This document shows, piece by piece, positions 27,176 through 35,281 of a stretch of DNA of 37,057 nucleotides. This DNA comes from Clostridia bacterium. Its GTDB lineage: Bacteria > Bacillota > Clostridia > UMGS1883. The notes under the pieces were generated by a model. That model made no database searches, was not told the DNA's origin, and was given only the letters and a program-made list of their open reading frames with translations. Made by a program: the position numbers and the translations under genes. Positions within the stretch are counted from its first letter, which is position 1; each line of letters starts with the position of its first letter. The DNA is taken from the NCBI GenBank assembly GCA_045580605.1, contig JAZNOC010000055.1, positions 1-37,057 on the forward strand, given 5' to 3'.

Positions 27176-27330
27176 AAAAGGGTTGTCTCTCTAAACAAAT
27201 TCCCTGTATAATTATTAAAATTGTAGGGGTCGATGCCCACATCGACCCGAAAAAGCGGGCGGATGTGGGCATCCGCCCCTACAAAATGACATTTTATACA
27301 TTAGGTTTGTTTAAAGAGATAGCCCCTTTT
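27176..27330. repeat. 155-bp imperfect palindrome (MITE-like outer arms)
   Basis: The outer arm AAAAGGGTTGTCTCTCTAAACAAA (27176-27199) pairs with GTTTGTTTAAAGAGATAGCCCCTTTT (27305-27330). Inner TGTATAA / TTATACA arms also pair. It encloses the GC-rich doublet listed next. Confidence 0.6.
27222..27283. repeat. REPIN-like doublet: two inverted GTAG-headed GC-rich hairpins
   Basis: GTAG-GGGTCGATG-CCCA-CATCGACCC (27223-27248) and its inverted partner GGGCGGATG-TGGG-CATCCGCCC-CTAC (27257-27282). Each forms a 9-bp hairpin. The two stems differ by compensatory changes and the arms can also pair with each other. Confidence 0.65.
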
Positions 27331-27347
27331 TGATTTGAACCCTAAGT

Positions 27348-27584
27348 TTAAAAATCGTGCCTGCTTCCCGAGTAGATGTTATATTTTTCAAAAACACAAA
27401 CAATTTTTTCAACAACATCAAAGTCCTCCTCAATAGAGTCGTCCTGAATAATAGCCTTTATCGCTTCCAAAGCGGAAAGAGAAGCAGTGTTTATGCAATT
27501 ATTTACATCGATTTGAAGATTGCTTACAGATTGGTTTATGGTGTCAGATATTGCTTTTGCAAGCAATTCAAGTTTAATATTCAT
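27348..27584 (-). CDS. Hypothetical 78-aa acidic protein
   Basis: ATG at 27584 is preceded by AGGGGTGA. MNIKLELLAKAIS...EKYNIYSGSRHDF. I recognise no family with confidence. Confidence 0.5.
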   Translation of the reverse strand: MNIKLELLAKAISDTINQSVSNLQIDVNNCINTASLSALEAIKAIIQDDSIEEDFDVVEKIVCVFEKYNIYSGSRHDF

Positions 27585-27692
27585 AAAATCACCCCTAATG
27601 AGTATCATAACATATAAATATTAAATATACAACAGAAATTTCTAATATATTATAAAATAAAATGTTAACATATAATATTTGTAGAGTATTAT

Positions 27693-27881
27693 ATGAGGGT
27701 GATTGATGTGGCATTTACTCCAAGGGAAACAAAGAAAAAGGTTAAAGCAGGCTATAGAACTCTTTATATAACCGATGAATTATCAGAAAAGGTTGCAAAT
27801 CTTGCAAAGAAACATGATACAAGCTTTAATAACATAGTGATAAGTATAATAGAGGAATTTTTCAAAGAGAATGAGAAATAA
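27693..27881 (+). CDS. Small ribbon-helix-helix (CopG/Arc-like) DNA-binding protein
   Basis: RTLYITDELSEKVANLAKKHDTSFNNIVISIIEEF fits a beta-strand plus two-helix RHH pattern. An alternative GTG start at 27708 follows GAGGGTG. Confidence 0.55.
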   Translation: MRVIDVAFTPRETKKKVKAGYRTLYITDELSEKVANLAKKHDTSFNNIVISIIEEFFKENEK

Positions 27882-27883
27882 CT

Positions 27884-27908
27884 AAAGCACTTCAACGAAG
27901 TGCTTTTT
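27884..27908 (+). terminator. Terminator after the RHH gene
   Basis: AAAGCACTTC-AAC-GAAGTGCTTT followed by TTTTT. Confidence 0.75.
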
Positions 27909-27980
27909 GTTTTGTGGAGGATTACTTTTATTAGCGCTTTTTGCCCACACTGGGTTCGATTCCCCGTTTTAAATGCAATA

Positions 27981-28018
27981 AAAAAGACAAATCATACACA
28001 AGGTATGCTTTGTCTTTT
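27981..28018 (-). terminator. Terminator downstream of tRNA-Glu
   Basis: AAAAGACAAA..CATAC-ACAAG-GTATG..TTTGTCTTTT is an extended hairpin flanked by A/T runs, immediately 3' of the tRNA on the minus strand. Confidence 0.7.
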
Positions 28019-28019
28019 C

Positions 28020-28095
28020 TGGTGACCCCACGGGGAATCGAACCCCGGTCTTCGCCGTGAGAGGGCGACGTCCTAGGCCGCTAGACTATGGGGCC
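28020..28095 (-). tRNA. tRNA-Glu (anticodon CUC), CCA encoded
   Basis: Hand-folded 76-nt cloverleaf: acceptor GGCCCCA/TGGGGTC, D stem GTCT/GGAC, anticodon stem TCGCC/GGCGA with loop CT-CTC-AC, T arm CGGGG-TTCGATT-CCCCG, discriminator A, then CCA. Confidence 0.9.
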
Positions 28096-28115
28096 GTTTT
28101 TTAACGTGCTCATTT

Positions 28116-28144
28116 ATTATAATACGAATTTAAGGCAATGTCAA
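28116..28144 (-). promoter_or_regulatory. Consensus sigma-A promoter for tRNA-Glu
   Basis: On the minus strand: TTGACA (28144-28139), 17-nt spacer, TATAAT (28121-28116), about 20 nt upstream of tRNA position 1. Confidence 0.65.
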
Positions 28145-28191
28145 TACTTTTTTTGCTTTGAATTGAAATTTGCGTAATTTAGACAAACCTG

Positions 28192-28219
28192 TTGACTTTT
28201 AGCGTAATTATGTTATAAT
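28192..28219 (+). promoter_or_regulatory. Promoter of the thiT leader
   Basis: TTGACT (28192-28197), 16-nt spacer ending in TGT, TATAAT (28214-28219). Confidence 0.6.
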
Positions 28220-28242
28220 ATGTCTTGTAAAAAAATACGAAG

Positions 28243-28331
28243 ACGACTGGGGAGCTGCGAAGCGGCTGAGAGGAAATCTTAAGATTTCGACCCGTAACCT
28301 GATTTGGATAATGCCAACGTAGGAAGTTCGT
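28243..28331 (+). promoter_or_regulatory. TPP (THI-box) riboswitch aptamer
   Basis: ACGACTGGGGAGC...GGCTGAGAGG...CGACCCGTAACCTGATTTGGATAATGCCAACGTAGGAAGTTCGT contains the conserved GGGG.GC, CUGAGA, ACCUGAU and GGAUAAUGCC...GGAA blocks. Confidence 0.9.
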
Positions 28332-28346
28332 GAGAGATATTACACC

Positions 28347-28381
28347 TCCGAGGGACCTATTGGCGTCTTTCGGATTTTTTT
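28347..28381 (+). terminator. Riboswitch expression-platform terminator
   Basis: TCCGAGGGAC / GTCTTTCGGA forms a 10-bp stem (2 G-U pairs) followed by TTTTTTT, upstream of the thiT ATG. Confidence 0.7.
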
Positions 28382-28407
28382 ATAATAAAAATAAAGGGGT
28401 AATATTT

Positions 28408-29067
28408 ATGACAAAAACAAACACAAAACAACTTGTAGTTTCAGCGCTGATGATAGCGATTGGAACTGTGCTCTCAATGCTGAAGCTGTTCGAACTGCCA
28501 TTCGGGGGAACGGTTACGGTGGCATCTATGGTGCCCGTAGTACTTTTAGGCTACATATATGGAACACGTTGGGGGCTGTTTTCGGCGTTTATCTATAGCG
28601 TGCTTCAGCTTGTGCTTGGAGTGGCAACGGGTATAGTATCTACGATGTTTTTGCCGGGGGAGGAGCAAATGGCTCTCTGGATGGCACTGTCAATATGTAT
28701 TTTGGACTATATCCTCGCCTACGTAGTACTTGGTTTTGGCGGACTCTTTAAGGGTAAATTAAAGAGTGCAGGTCTTGAAATTTCGTTGGGTGCAATTTTA
28801 TCAGTATTTCTGAGACTTGTTATGCACACAATCTCGGGCTTTATTTTCTACGGTGCGTGGGCTGAGTGGTTTTTCAGCGGAGAGGGCGGTCTTGCAGATA
28901 TTTCGTTCCTCAGCGGATTTTGCACCTGGGTAATGGAAAATATTCAGGGAAAAGGACTTTCACTGTTTTATTCCGTAATTTATAATTCGGCGTATATGCT
29001 CCCTGAGCTCATAATTACTGCGATTGTAGCACCTATAATTTACAGGGCAATCAAAAAACAAATCTAA
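28408..29067 (+). CDS. thiT: Thiamine transporter ThiT (ECF-type S component)
   Basis: 219-aa protein with 6 TM segments directly behind a TPP riboswitch. LSMLKLFELPFGGTVTVASMVPVVLLGY is typical of ThiT. Confidence 0.8.
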   Translation: MTKTNTKQLVVSALMIAIGTVLSMLKLFELPFGGTVTVASMVPVVLLGYIYGTRWGLFSAFIYSVLQLVLGVATGIVSTMFLPGEEQMALWMALSICILDYILAYVVLGFGGLFKGKLKSAGLEISLGAILSVFLRLVMHTISGFIFYGAWAEWFFSGEGGLADISFLSGFCTWVMENIQGKGLSLFYSVIYNSAYMLPELIITAIVAPIIYRAIKKQI

Positions 29068-29070
29068 GAT

Positions 29071-29107
29071 AAAAAAACAAAGCAGGCATTGCCTGCTTTG
29101 TTTTTTA
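29071..29107. terminator. Bidirectional terminator between thiT and fadD
   Basis: AAAAAAA-CAAAGCAGGC-ATT-GCCTGCTTTG-TTTTTT. Confidence 0.8.
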
Positions 29108-30688
29108 TCTTTTAATCTTTAAAGTTGTTGTCTTTTCGAACTCAACGTCTGTTATTTCATAGCTTTTGATTTGCTTGTAGTGGACTAAGCGGCTATTCAT
29201 ATCTTCAATAAACTGTGCGATCTGCTTTTCTGCATCAGCACGCTCAATTTCGCGTTTGTGCACTATCTTGGCAGAGAGCGTATCAGCCTCATCTTTGTTT
29301 TCAAATACAACACATTCACTAACTGCATCACATTCGCAGAGAAGAGCCTCAAGCTCCTCGGGGAATACATTTTTTCCGTTACTGAGAACAATGACGTTTT
29401 TCTTTCTTCCCGTGATGAAAAGGTAATTGTCCTTGTCAAGATAACCCATATCCCCTGTATAGAAGTACCCATCATGGAAAACGGATGCATTAGCCTCGTC
29501 GTTTTTATAATATCCATTCATCACGTTGGGACCGCGTGTAATAATCTCGCCAATGCCATTTTCGTCGGCATTTACAATTTTAACATCGTTGCCGGGAAGA
29601 GGACGACCGACAGAATTTTTTCTCATATGAGTTTCATTTTCTGCAGATATGACGGGGGCAGTTTCAGTAAGGCCATAGCCCTGGATTGTAATAACACCGA
29701 TTCCATTAAAGAATTCAAGTGTTTCTGCTGAAGCAGGAGCTGCACCCACAATTATCATTCTGAGAGAACCGCCGAGTGCTGCATGAATATCCTTAAACAC
29801 TTTTCTTCTGATGTCTATGCCAAATTTTCTAAGAAATCCCGTAAGCTTAAGTGCTTTTTTAACTGTGCCAAGCTTGCCTGTGCTTTTAAGCTTTGCAAAG
29901 ATGGTATTTTTAATTTCGTCTATAATTCGGGGTACACAAACAAGTGTAGAAACATTGTATTCGTTAAGGCACTTGGCAAGACGAAGACCCTCACAAAATA
30001 CGTTGCACATACCGTTTGAAAGAAAGAGCATAATCTGTGTCATACCAAATGTATGATGGAAGGGAAGAAGCGCCATATTCACATCCTCAGGGTAAAAGCC
30101 TACCCACTGATTCATGGCATAAACATTAGAAGCAATGTTTTTTTGCGAAAGCATAACTACCTTTGACTTTGAGGTTGTGCCGGATGTAAAGAGAAGAAGA
30201 TTGGTTTTGCTACTATCTATTGCAATGCTTTTGTATTCTTCGCTCGCTTCGTTCTTAAGAAGTGCCTTAAATTCGTCGCTTTCTGTATTTATATGATTGT
30301 ATTCGCTGTGAGCTTCAAAAAAACTGTCGTATGCTTTATCGTGAAAAATAAGTGCCGGCTCTGAGCGAATGAGCTGGTCTTTGAATTCGTTTTCGGGAAG
30401 CATTCTGTCGATTGGAATAATGGTCGCATTGATACAAAGTGTTGCTAAGTACACAACCATCCATTCGTAACTGTTTTTACCGATAACAACAATTTTTTTA
30501 GCGGCACAATCATTTTCAAGAAGGTATGTTCCCAGCGATTCAACCTCGAAGCGTAAACGAGCGTAGGTAACATCGTCATAAGAAACTTCTTTTCCGTCTT
30601 TGTGTTTTATTTTAAATGCAGTTCTTTCGGGAAAAACCCTACTGCTGTTTTCAACAATTTCCCTGATATTATTAAATTCTGTTGCCAT
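29105..30688 (-). CDS. fadD: Long-chain fatty-acid-CoA ligase (AMP-forming adenylating enzyme)
   Basis: AMP-binding signature LLFTSGTTSKSKVVM, plus GYGLTE and YTGDMGYLD. ATG at 30688 (MATEFNN) follows AGGGAG. The ORF-track TTG at 30721 is less likely. Confidence 0.8.
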   Translation of the reverse strand: MATEFNNIREIVENSSRVFPERTAFKIKHKDGKEVSYDDVTYARLRFEVESLGTYLLENDCAAKKIVVIGKNSYEWMVVYLATLCINATIIPIDRMLPENEFKDQLIRSEPALIFHDKAYDSFFEAHSEYNHINTESDEFKALLKNEASEEYKSIAIDSSKTNLLLFTSGTTSKSKVVMLSQKNIASNVYAMNQWVGFYPEDVNMALLPFHHTFGMTQIMLFLSNGMCNVFCEGLRLAKCLNEYNVSTLVCVPRIIDEIKNTIFAKLKSTGKLGTVKKALKLTGFLRKFGIDIRRKVFKDIHAALGGSLRMIIVGAAPASAETLEFFNGIGVITIQGYGLTETAPVISAENETHMRKNSVGRPLPGNDVKIVNADENGIGEIITRGPNVMNGYYKNDEANASVFHDGYFYTGDMGYLDKDNYLFITGRKKNVIVLSNGKNVFPEELEALLCECDAVSECVVFENKDEADTLSAKIVHKREIERADAEKQIAQFIEDMNSRLVHYKQIKSYEITDVEFEKTTTLKIKR

Positions 30689-30874
30689 AAGATATTCAAC
30701 TCCCTGTAACGTAGTTTTCAATACTATATTATCACGACACAGAAACTATGTCAAGGAAATTATTAACTTTTACAAAAAAGCTAATGTGAGCTTACATTTA
30801 TTTGTTAAAACTTGTTGCGTTTTTTGATAAAATGTGATATGCTTTATAATAAATATAACAAAGGGGGAAGATGT

Positions 30875-32020
30875 ATGAAATGTATCATAAACGGAAAAAT
30901 CCTTTTAAAAGATAGAATTGCTGAAAATCTGGCAATTATTTTTGATCAAAAAATTGAAAAAATAGCCGATTTAAAGGATATAGACACTTCCGACTACGAA
31001 GTTATTGACGCAAAAGGAAAATTTGTATCACCGGGATTGGTGGATATGCATATTCACGGTTATCTTGGTGCCGATGTGTCGGATGGTGATGCCGAAGGAC
31101 TTAAAAAGATGGCAGAGGGCATTATAAAGAACGGTGTTACTGCGTGGTGCCCCACAACGATGACAGTTTCAAAGGAAGAGATTGAAAAAGCTTTTGATAC
31201 TGTAAGAGAACTCAAAAACAGCGGTAAATACTACGGCTCAAGAATTTTGGGAGTAAACAGTGAAGGTCCTTTTATCAATGCAGCGAAGAAGGGTGCACAG
31301 GCAGAGGAGCATATTTTAAAGCCTGACGGTGATTTTATCGAAAAACACTCAGATGTTGTAAAGCTCTTTACCATTGCTCCGGAGGTAGAGGGGGCGGAAG
31401 AATGTATAGAAAAGGTTGCCCAAAAGACCGATGTCCTGATTTCGATGGGCCATACAAACGCAACCTATGAAGAGGCGATGGCAGGGATAAATAAGGGTGT
31501 ACGCCACACCACGCATCTCTTTAATGCAATGACAGCCCTTTCGCACCGCAGCCCGGGCGTTGTGGGTGCAGCGTTGTCAAATGCTGATACAAGCGTAGAG
31601 CTTATAGCAGATACTTTCCACGTTGATAAAGGATTGTTCAACCTGATTTCAAAGGTAAAGGGAGATAAGATGTGCCTTATTACCGACTGTATAAGAGCAG
31701 GCGGCATGCCCGATGGTGATTATACTCTTGGCGGCCAGCCTGTACATAAAGAAGGCATTAAGTGTTTGATGCCCGATGGAACTATCGCAGGCAGTGTGCT
31801 AAAGCTCAATGAGGCGGTTTACAATCTTTATCAAAACTCTGACCTTGAGCTTTATGAGGCAGTAAAGTGTGCAACACTCAATCCTGCCAAGGCACTGGGT
31901 GAAGATAAGGAAATAGGCTCTATCGAAGTAGGTAAACGTGCAGATATAATAATCGTCGACGAAGAGTTTAATGTAAATATGACAATCCTCGACGGAGAAA
32001 TAAGATATAAAGGAGAATGA
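30875..32020 (+). CDS. nagA: N-acetylglucosamine-6-phosphate deacetylase
   Basis: VSPGLVDMHIHGYLGAD, MGHTNATYEE, THLFNAM and ADIIIVD are amidohydrolase/NagA motifs. ATG at 30875 follows AAGGGGGAAG. Confidence 0.85.
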   Translation: MKCIINGKILLKDRIAENLAIIFDQKIEKIADLKDIDTSDYEVIDAKGKFVSPGLVDMHIHGYLGADVSDGDAEGLKKMAEGIIKNGVTAWCPTTMTVSKEEIEKAFDTVRELKNSGKYYGSRILGVNSEGPFINAAKKGAQAEEHILKPDGDFIEKHSDVVKLFTIAPEVEGAEECIEKVAQKTDVLISMGHTNATYEEAMAGINKGVRHTTHLFNAMTALSHRSPGVVGAALSNADTSVELIADTFHVDKGLFNLISKVKGDKMCLITDCIRAGGMPDGDYTLGGQPVHKEGIKCLMPDGTIAGSVLKLNEAVYNLYQNSDLELYEAVKCATLNPAKALGEDKEIGSIEVGKRADIIIVDEEFNVNMTILDGEIRYKGE

Positions 32021-33390
32021 ATATGATAGCAAAACTTGAACCTGAATTTATGCCAATGGCAAAGGTGATAAACGAATTCAAAGAAGCAGTATCTAAGGCG
32101 GACTCTCAGGAGGTTGTTATCTCAGTTGAGAGAAACGGCGGGCTTATGGCAGTTTATAAGCTTGATGTTTATAAGGAAGGCACGGGCCATGACGAAGAAA
32201 ACTACGGCATAGTAGAAAGAATTATAAAGACACTTCTTTGGGCTAAGGGTGGATACAAGGTATACATTGCCGGCTCAAAATACATCTATGAACGTGTTGC
32301 TGACGACTACAGAGTTGGTGGCGCAAGAGAGTTTGACTTTAATTTTATGGCTCGCGTTTATGAAAAGGATTTTGAGGTTGTATATGTTGAAAATATAGCC
32401 GACGCACCCAAGGAAAATGACACATCATCACCCGTAGGCCGCCACTTAGACGGTTGCCGTATCGGCTTTGATGCCGGCGGCAGCGACCGTAAGGTTTCAG
32501 CTGTTGTTGACGGAGAAACGGTATATTCAGAAGAGGTTGTATGGTTCCCTAAATTACAGAGCGACCCTATGTATCACTATGAGGGTATTCTCAGTGCTAT
32601 GAAAACTGCAGCATCACACATGCCGAGGGTTGATGCTATCGGCGTTTCCTCAGCAGGTGTGTATATTGACAATAAGATAATGGTTGCGTCTCTTTTCTTA
32701 AAGGTATCAGACGAGGATTTTGATAAGCACGTTAAGAATATGTATATTGATGTTGCAAAGGAAATTGGTGATGTTCCCGTTGAGGTTGCAAATGACGGAG
32801 ACGTAACGGCTCTGGCAGGTGCAATGAGCCTCGAAGACAATAATGTTATGGGTATTGCAATGGGTACAAGTGAGGCTGCAGGTTATGTTGACAAGGATGG
32901 AAATATTACCGGCTGGCTCAATGAACTTGCGTTTGTTCCTGTTGACTTTAACAAGGGTGCTATGGTCGACGAATGGAGCGGAGACTACGGCTGCGGCGTT
33001 AAGTACTTTTCGCAGGATGCGGTTATTAAGCTTGCGCCCAAGGCGGGAATTGAACTTGACGAAAGTCTTTCTCCTGCGGAGAAGTTAAAGGTTGTTCAGG
33101 GCCTTATGGAGCAGGATGATAGCCGTGCGGCAGATATTTACGATACTATTGGTACATATTTTGGCTACACAATAGCGTATTACTCAATGTTTTATGATAT
33201 AAAGCATGTGCTTATAATGGGCAGAGTTACAAGCGGAAAGGGCGGCACAATCATCCTTAATAAAGCAAACGAGGTTCTTGCTAAGGAATTTCCTGAACTG
33301 TCTAAGAAAATTCAGCTTCATATTCCTGATGAAAAGGCAAGAAGAGTAGGTCAGTCTGTTGCGGCAGCAAGCTTGCCAAAGATAGGCTAA
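32017..33390 (+). CDS. ROK-like / ASKHA-fold sugar kinase with about 140-aa N-terminal extension
   Basis: RIGFDAGGSDRKVSAV (phosphate-1) and VANDGDVTALAGA are present. The classical ROK zinc motif CxCGxxGC is absent (SGDYGCGVKYFS instead). ATGA overlap with nagA. Confidence 0.6.
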   Translation: MNMIAKLEPEFMPMAKVINEFKEAVSKADSQEVVISVERNGGLMAVYKLDVYKEGTGHDEENYGIVERIIKTLLWAKGGYKVYIAGSKYIYERVADDYRVGGAREFDFNFMARVYEKDFEVVYVENIADAPKENDTSSPVGRHLDGCRIGFDAGGSDRKVSAVVDGETVYSEEVVWFPKLQSDPMYHYEGILSAMKTAASHMPRVDAIGVSSAGVYIDNKIMVASLFLKVSDEDFDKHVKNMYIDVAKEIGDVPVEVANDGDVTALAGAMSLEDNNVMGIAMGTSEAAGYVDKDGNITGWLNELAFVPVDFNKGAMVDEWSGDYGCGVKYFSQDAVIKLAPKAGIELDESLSPAEKLKVVQGLMEQDDSRAADIYDTIGTYFGYTIAYYSMFYDIKHVLIMGRVTSGKGGTIILNKANEVLAKEFPELSKKIQLHIPDEKARRVGQSVAAASLPKIG

Positions 33391-33440
33391 TTCAAAATAA
33401 AAGCTCTCTATTTCAATATAGAGAGCTTTTTATTTTGAAT
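33391..33440. terminator. Bidirectional terminator between the kinase gene and araC
   Basis: Near-perfect 50-nt palindrome TTCAAAATAAAAGCTCTCTAT-TTCAAT-ATAGAGAGCTTTTTATTTTGAA. Confidence 0.8.
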
Positions 33441-34211
33441 TTATTGCTGCCGCATTTCCTTTGGAGTTAAGCCGTAGTTTTTCTTAAATATTCTGTTGAA
33501 ATTCCTGAGGCTTCCGTAGCCTGATGCGTAGGCTATCTCACTTATAGGAAGGTCCGTATCATTAAGAAGATTTTTTGAATGATGTATCCTGAAAGAATTT
33601 AAAATGTCTGAAAAGCTTGAGCCACATCCGTTATTAAGTACCCTGCTCAGATGCGATACGCTTACCCCTAAAAAGTCGGAAACATCGCTCAGATATATAT
33701 TTTCTGTAAAATGGGCGGAAATATATGTCAAAGCTTTTCTGTAGAGGTCAAATTCGTGCTTGTCTCGTTCAACAACGCTGCAACTATTCATAAACAAAGA
33801 AAGCGTGTAGTATATAAGAGCCTTCTTTTTAAGATCGTCAGTCATTTTGGAGTCGGTTATGTCATCTATCATAACCTTGCAACAACTGTTAAAGCTGGTA
33901 ACAGGCGGATTGAACGTACTTTTTGTAAGTAGCTGCTTGTGCTCGTTTATGTAATCAGGCGGAAACGCTATAATAAAAATGTCGGAAAATTCTTCGGTTG
34001 AGTAGCTGTGTACTTCGTACGGAGCAATTATCATAACTTCGCCTTTTTTTACAAAGCGTGTTACCGTGTCTGTCGTAACAGTAAGTTCTCCATCAAGCAC
34101 AAAAATAAATTCCATATGACTGTGAATTGATGCAGGATTTAATGTATTTTGTCGCCTTGCGCAAAAGAAAAAGTCAGATATACCGCTCTCGTGTGAGATT
34201 ATATATTGCAT
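33441..34211 (-). CDS. AraC-family transcriptional regulator (cupin plus HTH_18)
   Basis: The N-terminal region HSHMEFIFVLDGEL looks like a cupin. The C-terminal region (ISEIAYASGYGSLRNFNRIFKKNYGLTPKEMR) is an AraC HTH. Confidence 0.85.
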   Translation of the reverse strand: MQYIISHESGISDFFFCARRQNTLNPASIHSHMEFIFVLDGELTVTTDTVTRFVKKGEVMIIAPYEVHSYSTEEFSDIFIIAFPPDYINEHKQLLTKSTFNPPVTSFNSCCKVMIDDITDSKMTDDLKKKALIYYTLSLFMNSCSVVERDKHEFDLYRKALTYISAHFTENIYLSDVSDFLGVSVSHLSRVLNNGCGSSFSDILNSFRIHHSKNLLNDTDLPISEIAYASGYGSLRNFNRIFKKNYGLTPKEMRQQ

Positions 34212-34260
34212 AAAAAACCTCCAAACATCAAAATTTGTCTATAATTATATATTAGATTTC

Positions 34261-34289
34261 TTGCATTGTCAATGTCATCAATATATAAT
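34261..34289 (+). promoter_or_regulatory. Candidate promoter for the DMT transporter gene
   Basis: TTGCAT (34261-34266), 17-nt spacer, TATAAT (34284-34289). Confidence 0.45.
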
Positions 34290-34309
34290 AAAGCTGTAGG
34301 GGGGATTGT

Positions 34310-35185
34310 ATGTATTATATTTTAGCTATGATTTCTGCCTGTGCACATGGGTTTACTCCTATTCTTAAGAAGAACTATGTAAAAAACTTAAGGAAAGTTA
34401 AGCTGAGCGGCGATATATATCTTCTTGTTAATATAACCGCTGCGGTGGTGTACTTCTTCTTCCTTGCAGGTGGAAAAGTGCCGCTTAATGTGCCGACATT
34501 TGCGTTTTCGGCAGTATATGCCTTTCTGGGATTTCTTTCCGTTATATACAGCCTTATCGTATTTAATCACGCATCGGTTGTTTACATAACCGTTATGACA
34601 GGGTCGCTCGCTACAATAATTCCATTTTTGTACGAACTTATATTTACGGACATTGTATTTTCAACAACAAAAATTATATCTGTATTTTTAAGAATTGCAG
34701 CAATAAGCGTGATGCTTGTGTTTAGTGATGATAAAAAAATCTCTCTTAAGGGGATGCTTCTTTGCGTGCTTTCAGGAACAATAAACGGCCTTGCAGGCGT
34801 TGTTGTCAGAATGTATGCAAGTGCCCCCGACGTCTTATCCGACGGAAGCTTTTTCTTCTGGACAAATATTATCACGCTGCCGATAATTTTCATAAATATA
34901 CTAAGAAAGACCGATGCAAAAGAGCTTGCCGATACCTTTAAGATGATAAAGCCAGTTAACTATGTGCTAGCCCTTGGCGGAATGCTTGTAAATAACGCAG
35001 TTACATTTGTTTCAATTGAAATTATCCGCCATATTTCTGGCACTGTTTACAACGTAATAAGCGGCTCGATTTCCTTGCTTGCCGCAAGTTTTATATCAGT
35101 TGTTATTTACAAGGAAAATGTTTCACTACAGACATATATAAGTGTTTTATTTTCAATTGTGGCAGTAGTACTTAGCTTAATTTAA
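34310..35185 (+). CDS. EamA/DMT-family transporter
   Basis: 291 aa with about 10 TM helices in two similar halves. No other motifs recognised. Confidence 0.6.
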   Translation: MYYILAMISACAHGFTPILKKNYVKNLRKVKLSGDIYLLVNITAAVVYFFFLAGGKVPLNVPTFAFSAVYAFLGFLSVIYSLIVFNHASVVYITVMTGSLATIIPFLYELIFTDIVFSTTKIISVFLRIAAISVMLVFSDDKKISLKGMLLCVLSGTINGLAGVVVRMYASAPDVLSDGSFFFWTNIITLPIIFINILRKTDAKELADTFKMIKPVNYVLALGGMLVNNAVTFVSIEIIRHISGTVYNVISGSISLLAASFISVVIYKENVSLQTYISVLFSIVAVVLSLI

Positions 35186-35203
35186 GTAAAATTGAATAAA
35201 ATA

Positions 35204-35256
35204 TTGAAATCTCGCCCTTTTTAAGCTATAATATAGGAAACGGCTTAAAAAGGGCG
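35204..35256 (+). promoter_or_regulatory. Promoter (TTGAAA-17-TATAAT) interleaved with a 14-bp-stem hairpin
   Basis: TTGAAA at 35204-35209 and TATAAT at 35227-35232. Hairpin arms CGCCCTTTTTAAGC (35213-35226) and GCTTAAAAAGGGCG (35243-35256) are followed by TTTGTGTTTG. Confidence 0.5.
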
Positions 35257-35281
35257 TTTGTGTTTGTAAAGGAGTGAAAAG

